The position numbers and the translations under genes are program-made. A stretch of DNA of 38,559 bases from Patescibacteria group bacterium (lineage in GTDB: Bacteria > Patescibacteriota > Minisyncoccia > Phycocordibacterales > JANLHH01). The stretch is taken from NCBI GenBank assembly GCA_024654605.1, contig JANLHH010000054.1, positions 1-38,559 on the forward strand, given 5' to 3'. Below, piece after piece: positions 17,464-24,975 of the stretch; the first letter of the stretch is position 1, and every line of letters begins with the position of its first letter. Below the pieces are notes generated by a model, which was given only the letters and a program-made list of their open reading frames with translations, was not told where the DNA came from and ran no database searches.

Positions 17464-19542
17464 GTGCGAAGGCGTGAAGCGCAAAAAAACATATATGCAA
17501 AAAAAGTAAGCTCTCTTGCTCCTTTTGTCGCTGGACTTCTCATCAGTATCGCTCTTCTCTCGCCGATATCTTTCAGTATTAAACCTTCTCAAGAGAGCGC
17601 GGCCATCGTTGCAATCTCACTCCAGAGCGCTTTGGCTCAAGAGGATGATGACGAAGTTGCTCCGGTTGACGAAAGTAGGGAAATTTCATCAAACCCTTTC
17701 TATGAGGGTTTCTGTTCTTTGAATTCTCCCTCTACATGGTTTCAAGGATGTATCGCGGCGGGATTCTATGAGATCATCTATACCCCATCGGCGCTTCTTC
17801 TTGCGGGAGGAGGATGGCTATTTGATGTCATGTTGGCATTTTCATTAAGCAGTACGGTACTTGATGCGGACTTTGCGCGAAACGGGTGGGCAATCACGCG
17901 AGATCTTGCAAATATGCTTTTTATTTTTATCCTTTTAGCAATCGCTATCGCCACAATACTCCAAATTTCCAGTTATGGCGCAAAGAGTCTGCTTGCGCGG
18001 CTTGTCATTGTGGCACTTCTCCTGAACTTTAGTTTGTTCATTACGAGAGTCGTAGTGGATGTTTCCAATGTTACCGCGCGATTATTCTACGACAGTATTT
18101 CATCGGCAAACACAACCGCAAACGTCGCAAGCGGAGCAAACGCTTTGACTGCTTCGAGCTATCTCAAAGCCGGTTTTGACGTTCCCCCGAAAGATATCTC
18201 AGCGGGACTTGTGGGGGCATTTAATCCCCAGCAGTTGCTCGGCATAGAGAGTTTCAGCACATGGGTCAAAAGCGGCAAAGGTTTAGGTGAATTGTTTTTT
18301 ATCTATCTTTTTGCAACAACCCTTAATATCATGACGGCATGGATCTTTGTTTCTATCGCCCTACTTTTTATTACCCGTGTTGCGGTAATCTGGTTTTTGA
18401 TGGCTGTCGCACCCCTTGCGTTCATCGCAACAATCCTTCCTAACACAAAATCATTGGCAAGCAAATGGTGGGGCGAATTATTCAGTAAATCGTTCTCTAT
18501 TGCGGTTTTTCTTTTCTTTCTGTGGATCATCGCGGCGCTTACCAGCAGCAGCTTCCTTAAAAATACTTTTAATACCAGCGTTTCTGCCGATGGCGGTCTT
18601 CTGCAGTTTGTTGTTATTGTCGGGCTTCAGTTTGGAGTTTTAATTGTTATGCTTATGATGGCAAAGAAGGTTACGATGAGTATGGCGGGTTCCATCGGCG
18701 GCGTATCGCTTAATATCGGCAACAAACTGGCTGGTGGCGCCTTGGGATTGTTGGCTGGCGGTGTAGGCGGGCGATTGGCGCGAGGAGTCATCGGAAGAGG
18801 CGGCGCCATGATGGCCGGCAGTGAGGGGCTTCGCAACGCGGAGCAGAAGGGTGGGGCAACCGGGTGGGCCGCCCGACGAATGCTCCTTGCGGGCGATGCG
18901 GTCAGCAAGAAAAGTTTTGACATACGCAATGTACCGGCTGTACAAAAAGCCATGGGGTCTATCGACGCAGGCTTAGGGAAAGGTGGTGGTAAAGGAGGTT
19001 ACGAGGCAATACTCAAGGCTCAGGTGAAAAAGAAAGAAGGTATTGGTAAATTCCTCGGTGGCGCGCGTGAGACACGCGACGAGAGCGCGCAAACACAAGC
19101 GGCACAGGGACGATTAGGGGCCGCTACGCTCGCATTGTCTGAAGCGAAAGCGAGAGAGACAGCTGCGAGAAGTGAGAAAGAAATTGCATCCGCTAGAAAC
19201 TTGGTTGCTCTTGCGGAAAGCAGAGTAAAAGAGGAACAAGAGACCATAAACTCAATAAAAAAAGGTGTAGATCAAAGATCTTTGGATAGAAAAACGGGAT
19301 ACATAAATAGACTGCAAACCAAAGGAGACAGTGTCTTAAGTACTCTTAAGAGAAGTGTGGGCCGCGCACCGGCACAGAAAGACAGACAAGCCGCACTGGC
19401 GTTAAGAAAAGGGAAGAAAACAGTAAAACAACTCGTGGACGAGGCGTTAGAAACATCAGGAGAAACTAAAAAAGAAAAACCGAAAGAGGAAGAGGGTGGA
19501 CAAAAAGGGTCGGGGGAAATAAAAAACAGATTTACCACGTAG
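17464..19542 (+). CDS. VirB6/TrbL-like polytopic membrane protein with a Gly-rich segment and a long charged C-terminal tail
   Basis: 692 aa with about 8 hydrophobic helices. A Gly-rich stretch (GGALGLLAGGVGGRLARGVIGRGGAMMAG), typical of TrbL/VirB6 C-termini, is followed by about 230 aa of Lys/Glu/Ala-rich helix. It occupies the prgH-like position upstream of the PrgI-like and VirB4 genes. The GTG start is not firmly supported. Confidence 0.7.
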   Translation: MRRREAQKNIYAKKVSSLAPFVAGLLISIALLSPISFSIKPSQESAAIVAISLQSALAQEDDDEVAPVDESREISSNPFYEGFCSLNSPSTWFQGCIAAGFYEIIYTPSALLLAGGGWLFDVMLAFSLSSTVLDADFARNGWAITRDLANMLFIFILLAIAIATILQISSYGAKSLLARLVIVALLLNFSLFITRVVVDVSNVTARLFYDSISSANTTANVASGANALTASSYLKAGFDVPPKDISAGLVGAFNPQQLLGIESFSTWVKSGKGLGELFFIYLFATTLNIMTAWIFVSIALLFITRVAVIWFLMAVAPLAFIATILPNTKSLASKWWGELFSKSFSIAVFLFFLWIIAALTSSSFLKNTFNTSVSADGGLLQFVVIVGLQFGVLIVMLMMAKKVTMSMAGSIGGVSLNIGNKLAGGALGLLAGGVGGRLARGVIGRGGAMMAGSEGLRNAEQKGGATGWAARRMLLAGDAVSKKSFDIRNVPAVQKAMGSIDAGLGKGGGKGGYEAILKAQVKKKEGIGKFLGGARETRDESAQTQAAQGRLGAATLALSEAKARETAARSEKEIASARNLVALAESRVKEEQETINSIKKGVDQRSLDRKTGYINRLQTKGDSVLSTLKRSVGRAPAQKDRQAALALRKGKKTVKQLVDEALETSGETKKEKPKEEEGGQKGSGEIKNRFTT

Positions 19543-19584
19543 TGAGAGGGTCGAAATATGTTTTAAGTAACAAAAACTACTACT

Positions 19585-20379
19585 ATGGAAAATGACAAAG
19601 AACAACTTCTTGAACAATTCAAAAAACTACCTAAGGATCTTCAAGACGCCATAACGTCTAATGATATTGACGTTGCCATGCAGGAGATATCCAAAAAAAG
19701 TCACCTGCATATTGACCAGGCGGGAGAACTTGCCGATGAGGTAGGACTCGTACTGCTTGGCGTGGTGCATCCGGACGACTTCTTGGAAGATGTGGTGTTC
19801 AGGCTCAAGATTGACAAAAAAGCGGCTGGGGAAATCGTTGCTGATGTCAACGAGCATGTCTTTAAAAAAGTACGGGAATCTCTCATGAAAGTGCATCGCA
19901 TAGATAGTATGGTGCCGGGCGGCTTTAATGATTGGAGCGGGGCGGAGGTAGTGGCATCCGGAGACACAAAAGAGATACTCCCAAGCAAAGAAGAAATGCT
20001 CAAAGAGATTGAACAGGAAGTGGATGCGCCAACACCAAGTCCTCTGCGTGAAGAAAAAACAGATACCGCTCTCGGGGCTGTCGTGACACCACTCCCAGTA
20101 AATCATACGGGGAAGCTAAAAGAGAACGCTTTAGAACCAATGGATGCCACGCCGACAGTAAGCCCATTGGACGAGCAGAAAAAGAAAGTAGAAATGGGTG
20201 AAGGAGCAGCCTTAGATCCTTCATTTAACGAGGCTCGAAGCTTGGAAAAAGATGTTGTCAAACAAAAACTGGAAAAATCTTTCTCCATACCGCGAGCAGA
20301 AACTGAACATAAAGACACATCGCAAACACGTGCCGGAACTTATAAAGAAACAGACCCATATCGTGAGCCGTTAGAATAA
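19585..20379 (+). CDS. Acidic cytoplasmic hypothetical protein (264 aa)
   Basis: It has no TM segment, a helical N-terminal region of about 100 aa and an acidic, probably disordered C-terminal half. It is tightly packed between the VirB6-like and PrgI-like genes. Confidence 0.65.
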   Translation: MENDKEQLLEQFKKLPKDLQDAITSNDIDVAMQEISKKSHLHIDQAGELADEVGLVLLGVVHPDDFLEDVVFRLKIDKKAAGEIVADVNEHVFKKVRESLMKVHRIDSMVPGGFNDWSGAEVVASGDTKEILPSKEEMLKEIEQEVDAPTPSPLREEKTDTALGAVVTPLPVNHTGKLKENALEPMDATPTVSPLDEQKKKVEMGEGAALDPSFNEARSLEKDVVKQKLEKSFSIPRAETEHKDTSQTRAGTYKETDPYREPLE

Positions 20380-20387
20380 TACAAACT

Positions 20388-20795
20388 ATGCAATTTCAAG
20401 TTCCACAATTTATTGAGGTTGAGGATAGGATATTCGGACCGCTGACATTCAAGCAGTTCATTTATCTGGTGGGCGGAGCGGGAATTTGCTTCGTTCTTTA
20501 CATCATATTGCCATTCTTCTTTGCCGTTCTGCTCATCATTCCTTTTGCGGGTTTTTCGTTGGCGCTTGCTTTCTATAAAATCAACAACAGGCCCTTTATC
20601 TCTGTTGTTGAATCCGCCCTCAACTATACACTCAAAGGCAAACTCTATGTATGGAAAAAAGTGGCCGCCAAACCATCAGCGCAAAAAAAGGGGGTGGCTA
20701 AGGGAGTACCGCAAAGCCTGGAGCTACCCAAGCTCTCGGACAGTAAACTCAAAGAACTGTCATGGTCCCTTGATGTTCACCAGAATGTTCAGTAG
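20388..20795 (+). CDS. PrgI-family (VirB3-like) small membrane protein
   Basis: The N-terminus QVPQFIEVEDRIFGPLTFKQFIYLVGGAG is followed by two adjacent TM helices, the hallmark layout of PrgI/VirB3-like proteins that precede VirB4 in Gram-positive-type T4SS. Confidence 0.7.
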   Translation: MQFQVPQFIEVEDRIFGPLTFKQFIYLVGGAGICFVLYIILPFFFAVLLIIPFAGFSLALAFYKINNRPFISVVESALNYTLKGKLYVWKKVAAKPSAQKKGVAKGVPQSLELPKLSDSKLKELSWSLDVHQNVQ

Positions 20796-20844
20796 AACAC
20801 TTTAAGACACAGGGAGGTAATAAACATACGAGGGAGGGAGGGTA

Positions 20845-20853
20845 TGCTATAAT
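20845..20853 (+). promoter_or_regulatory. Extended -10 element (TGCTATAAT), an internal promoter of the T4SS-like cluster
   Basis: A perfect TGnTATAAT lies 38 nt before the ATG at 20892. TTCGTAA direct repeats (20861-20883) follow it. Confidence 0.5.
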
Positions 20854-20891
20854 TAATACGTTCGTAAGAAATTCGTAATTCGTTTTATTGT

Positions 20892-21530
20892 ATGGCGGCA
20901 AGCACAAAATCAGCACAAGACTTCGTTCCCATCAAAGAAGTGCGCAACGGAGTAATTATCCTCAAGGACGGGTCTATGCGAATCATCCTCATGGCGTCTT
21001 CTTTGAATCTTGCGCTTAAATCAAGTGACGAGCAGATGGCCATCACTCTGCAATTTCAAAGTTTTTTAAATTCACTTGATTTTTCCATTCAGATATTCAT
21101 CCAATCGCGCCGATACGATATCAGGCCATATATCGCATTGCTTGAGGATCGGGAACACAATCAGCTCAACGACCTCCTTAAAATACAAACGCGAGAATAC
21201 ATAAATTTCATCAAGAGCTTTACGGAAGCGACCAACATCATGACAAAAAACTTTTTTATTGTGGTTCCGTATACTCCATCCGGGATCGGTTCGCCACAAG
21301 GAGGAATTGGTGGTTTTTTACCGGGAGCAAAAGGCAAGAGGAGTAGTGCGCAAAAACTTGAGGATTTTGAAACTCACCACTCCCAGTTGAAACAAAGATC
21401 CTATGTTGTACAACAAGGGCTTAATAGGACAGGGGTTCGCGTGGTGCAACTCGGCACCGAGGAAGATATTGAACTCTTTTACAGGATGTTTAATCCGGGA
21501 GAGCTTGAGAAACCAATCCAGCTCTCGTAA
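20892..21530 (+). CDS. Stand-alone protein resembling the N-terminal domain of Gram-positive VirB4 (PrgJ-like)
   Basis: FVPIKEVRNGVIILKDGSMRIILMASSLNLALKSSDEQMAITLQFQSFLNSLDFSIQIFIQSR...FFIVVPY...ELFYRMFNP follows, from memory, the pattern at the start of long (about 800 aa) Firmicute VirB4 proteins. It has no NTPase motifs. Confidence 0.55.
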   Translation: MAASTKSAQDFVPIKEVRNGVIILKDGSMRIILMASSLNLALKSSDEQMAITLQFQSFLNSLDFSIQIFIQSRRYDIRPYIALLEDREHNQLNDLLKIQTREYINFIKSFTEATNIMTKNFFIVVPYTPSGIGSPQGGIGGFLPGAKGKRSSAQKLEDFETHHSQLKQRSYVVQQGLNRTGVRVVQLGTEEDIELFYRMFNPGELEKPIQLS

Positions 21531-21552
21531 TACATAACTTTTAATCAGAAAT

Positions 21553-23385
21553 ATGTCCTTCATAGACACTCTATTCGGAAAAAATAAAAAAGAACAGGAG
21601 GTAACTCCTATTCTCCCTCAAGAGATCTATGAGTCTGCGGTGTTGGAGCTCAAGGATGTCATCGCACCTTCCGCGCTCAAGATCACTCCCCGGGAGTTTA
21701 ACTTGGGAGACAAAATGGCACGCACCTTTTTTGTCATTTCATATCCGCGCTTCCTTTCCGATAGTTGGTTTTCTCCCATTATCAATCTTGATCGCGTATT
21801 TGATGTTTCCATATTCATCCATCCGGTAGATACGGCGCGTGTACTCAGGCAATTTCAGACAAAAGTAGCCGAAGTCCAAAGCCAGATATCCATGCGGGAA
21901 GAAAAAGGGCTGGTACGCGACCCGATGCTAGACACCGCTTATAGCGACTTAGAGGACCTCCGCAACAAGCTCCAACAAGCCCAGGAGCGACTCTTTGATG
22001 TAGGGCTCTATATCACCATCTATGCGGATGATCTCACTGAACTTGATCGGACAGAGTCGGAAATAAAATCCATTCTGGAGGCGAAACTCGTGTATTTGAA
22101 ACCGGCGCTTTTCCAGCAAGAAGAAGGCTATAAGAGCGTCATTCCTATCGGGACTGATCTCTTGAACGTGCACTCAAAATTAAATTCATCTCCTCTTTCC
22201 AGTCTTTTTCCATTCGTCTCGTTTGACCTCACTTCAGACAAGGGGATCCTCTATGGCATCAACCGGCACAATTCAAGCTTGGTGCTCTTTGATAGGTTTA
22301 GCCTTGAAAACTATAATTCGGTTATTTTCGCGAAGGCAGGTTCAGGAAAATCCTTTTCAACAAAATTGGAGATCTTGCGAACACTCATGTTTGATACCGA
22401 CGTAATTGTCATTGATCCCGAGCGGGAATATGAGTATCTGGCGGAAGCGACAGGGGGGCGCTACTTCAACATCTCCCTCACCTCAAAGCATCACATCAAT
22501 CCGTTCGACCTTCCTGTTCCGCGCGAAGACGAGTCTCCTGCTGATGTGCTGCGTTCAAACATCATCACGTTGGTTGGTTTGTTTAGGATCATGCTTGGAG
22601 GACTCTCTCCGGAAGAAGACTCCATTATGGATAGAGCTATTGCCGAGACCTACGCACTGAAAGATATTACTCCGGAATCTGATTTTGCGAGCATCGCGCC
22701 GCCCCTTATGTCTGATTTTGAACTGGTGCTCGCCGGCATGGAAGGAGGGGAGTCGCTCTTACAGAGACTTTCCAAATACACCAAAGGCACGTGGTCAGGA
22801 TTCATCAATAATCCCACCAATGTGGATATCAATAAAAAATTCGTAGTCTTTTCGGTACGAGACATGGAAGACGAGTTGAAGCCCGCCGCGATGTATATCG
22901 TCATGCACTTTATCTGGAACTCGGTGAGAAAGAACTTGAAAAAACGCCTCTTGGTGATTGATGAGGCGTGGTGGATGATGAAGTCGGAGGACACGGCGTC
23001 ATTCTTGTTCGGTCTTGCTAAGCGTGGAAGAAAATATTACTTGGGGCTCGCAACGATCACTCAAGATGTAGGCGATTTTCTCAAGTCTCCTTACGGACTC
23101 CCTATCATCACCAACTCCTCAATTCAGATTCTTTTAAAACAGTCACCCACATCCATTGATCTGGTACAGCAGACATTCAACCTCACTGATGAAGAGAAGT
23201 TTCTGCTTCTTGAATCTGATGTCGGGGAAGGAATCTTCTTTGCCGGTCTCAAGCATGTGGCTATTAAGATACTGGCATCTTATACCGAAGAGCAGATCAT
23301 CACCTCTGACCCGTCTCAAGTATTGATGATCAAAAAAGCAAAGCAGGATCTCAAGGACGCACGAGGAGCCGAGTCTGATACATAA
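21553..23385 (+). CDS. virB4: VirB4/TrbE-family T4SS ATPase
   Basis: 610 aa. The N-terminal region DVIAPSAL...ARTFFVISYPRFLSDSWFSPII is typical of Gram-positive VirB4. Walker A is FAKAGSGKSFS and Walker B is LLVIDEAWWMM, with a later ATITQD motif. Confidence 0.88.
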   Translation: MSFIDTLFGKNKKEQEVTPILPQEIYESAVLELKDVIAPSALKITPREFNLGDKMARTFFVISYPRFLSDSWFSPIINLDRVFDVSIFIHPVDTARVLRQFQTKVAEVQSQISMREEKGLVRDPMLDTAYSDLEDLRNKLQQAQERLFDVGLYITIYADDLTELDRTESEIKSILEAKLVYLKPALFQQEEGYKSVIPIGTDLLNVHSKLNSSPLSSLFPFVSFDLTSDKGILYGINRHNSSLVLFDRFSLENYNSVIFAKAGSGKSFSTKLEILRTLMFDTDVIVIDPEREYEYLAEATGGRYFNISLTSKHHINPFDLPVPREDESPADVLRSNIITLVGLFRIMLGGLSPEEDSIMDRAIAETYALKDITPESDFASIAPPLMSDFELVLAGMEGGESLLQRLSKYTKGTWSGFINNPTNVDINKKFVVFSVRDMEDELKPAAMYIVMHFIWNSVRKNLKKRLLVIDEAWWMMKSEDTASFLFGLAKRGRKYYLGLATITQDVGDFLKSPYGLPIITNSSIQILLKQSPTSIDLVQQTFNLTDEEKFLLLESDVGEGIFFAGLKHVAIKILASYTEEQIITSDPSQVLMIKKAKQDLKDARGAESDT

Positions 23386-23484
23386 AAGAGGTTACTTGTA
23401 CGGGGTAGATAAGAACTACTGTTTTAGATATAATGAAATTAATCTTTGTTCATCAAACAAAACTCCGAGGGACGTATTAAGACC

Positions 23485-24516
23485 ATGCCAAATAAGAGAA
23501 TCATAAAAATTCTTCTATCAGTAATACTATGCGGCGCTTTTACTATCCCTGCCCTTGCACAAGTTACTCCTGGAGAGAGACTTGGCATACAAGCATCTCC
23601 CGAAACTCCCGGTGCTTTTGAGCAAGTGACACTGCAGCTTTCCGGTTACGGTATTGATATAGACAGATTACACACCTCTTGGTATGTAAACGATAAACTG
23701 GAACTTGCCGGGATCGGTAAGAAAAAATTCTCTTTCACCACCAAAGGGGTGGGGTCTCCCTCCACCGTCCGTGTCCTTGTTCGCTCGGGGACTGCGGGGG
23801 TTATTAGCAAAACTTTAGTATTTTCACCAGCAGAGGTTGACCTGCTCTGGGAAGCGATTGATTCTTACACTCCTCCATTCTACAGAGGAAAAGCACTGGC
23901 GACCCCGCAAGCAACCATATCGGTTACCGCTATACCAAACATGACTGCCCCTGGCAAAAGCCCATTAGGAATAAAAGATGTCGTGTACAAATGGAAAAGA
24001 AACTTCAGTTATGCCGATTTCTATGATCAATCGGGTTACGGCAACAACTACGTTTTCTTCAAGAAAGACCCTCTCAAAAAAACCGACACCATAACTGTTG
24101 AAGCTTCCTCGTTTGATGGAACACTAAAGACGGTGAAAAATATAGACCTCCCGAGTTATGACCCAAAAGTCATTCTCTATGAGCATCGCCCGTTGGAAGG
24201 AATTCTCTATGAACACGCCGTGGGTGATACCTTTACCATGCAAAATAAAGAGGTACTTATATCGGCGGAGCCTTATTTCTTTTCTGTAAAAGACAAAGAC
24301 AGCAGTAATATTTCTTACGCGTGGCTGCTTGATAATAAACAGGTGGCCGATACGGAAAGTGATAAAAAGAGTGAGTTGGCACTCCGTACCGAGGGAGGAA
24401 GCGGACAGGCAAGGGTATCGCTTCGTGTCACGCATGTTACAAAAATTCTCCAGTTTCTTGAACAGTCATTCACCATAAACTTCGGGGAAACAAGTGGTAC
24501 CTCTTTTGGTTTTTAA
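23485..24516 (+). CDS. Secreted hypothetical protein (343 aa)
   Basis: It has a classic signal peptide (MPNKRIIKILLSVILCGAFTIPALAQV) and a beta-rich mature part with no recognised family. I prefer the ATG at 23485 over the track's TTG at 23446. Confidence 0.7.
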   Translation: MPNKRIIKILLSVILCGAFTIPALAQVTPGERLGIQASPETPGAFEQVTLQLSGYGIDIDRLHTSWYVNDKLELAGIGKKKFSFTTKGVGSPSTVRVLVRSGTAGVISKTLVFSPAEVDLLWEAIDSYTPPFYRGKALATPQATISVTAIPNMTAPGKSPLGIKDVVYKWKRNFSYADFYDQSGYGNNYVFFKKDPLKKTDTITVEASSFDGTLKTVKNIDLPSYDPKVILYEHRPLEGILYEHAVGDTFTMQNKEVLISAEPYFFSVKDKDSSNISYAWLLDNKQVADTESDKKSELALRTEGGSGQARVSLRVTHVTKILQFLEQSFTINFGETSGTSFGF

Positions 24517-24520
24517 TATT

Positions 24521-24964
24521 ATGAAAAAAATAAAGTCACCCATCATACACCTCGTCATACCAACACTCTCTGTGTTTATGCTCTCCGTAGTCTATGCGCA
24601 TGCCGCACTCCTTGAACCCTCTATTGGCGGAGGAAATGCAACCGGAAACCCTGGAGACTACTTTAATAATATCTATCGTCTTATGGTGGGGATTACCAGC
24701 GTGTTGGCTGTTATTATGATCGTGGTCGGAGGACTGGAGTATATAGCAAGCGCGGCAAACCCGTCCGCCAAAGCATCAGCAAAGAGCAGGATATGGGCAG
24801 CAATCGGAGGACTTTTACTTGCTCTCTCTTCCTATCTTATTTTGCAAACCATTAATCCTGATTTGGTAAACTTTAATCTCAATATAGAAAAAAAGGGATT
24901 GCAACAAACAGGTGGTGCAACAGGAGGAGGTGCACCGAGTGGGGGTACAATCAATGCTCAGTAA
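24521..24964 (+). CDS. VirB2/TrbC-like T4SS pilin candidate
   Basis: 147 aa. The signal peptide ends AHA. Two hydrophobic helices (MVGITSVLAVIMIVVGGLEYI and IWAAIGGLLLALSSYLILQTI) are separated by a short polar loop, and the tail is Gly-rich. The ATG at 24521 starts 5 nt after the previous stop. Confidence 0.65.
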   Translation: MKKIKSPIIHLVIPTLSVFMLSVVYAHAALLEPSIGGGNATGNPGDYFNNIYRLMVGITSVLAVIMIVVGGLEYIASAANPSAKASAKSRIWAAIGGLLLALSSYLILQTINPDLVNFNLNIEKKGLQQTGGATGGGAPSGGTINAQ

Positions 24965-24975
24965 GTAAGAAAAGT

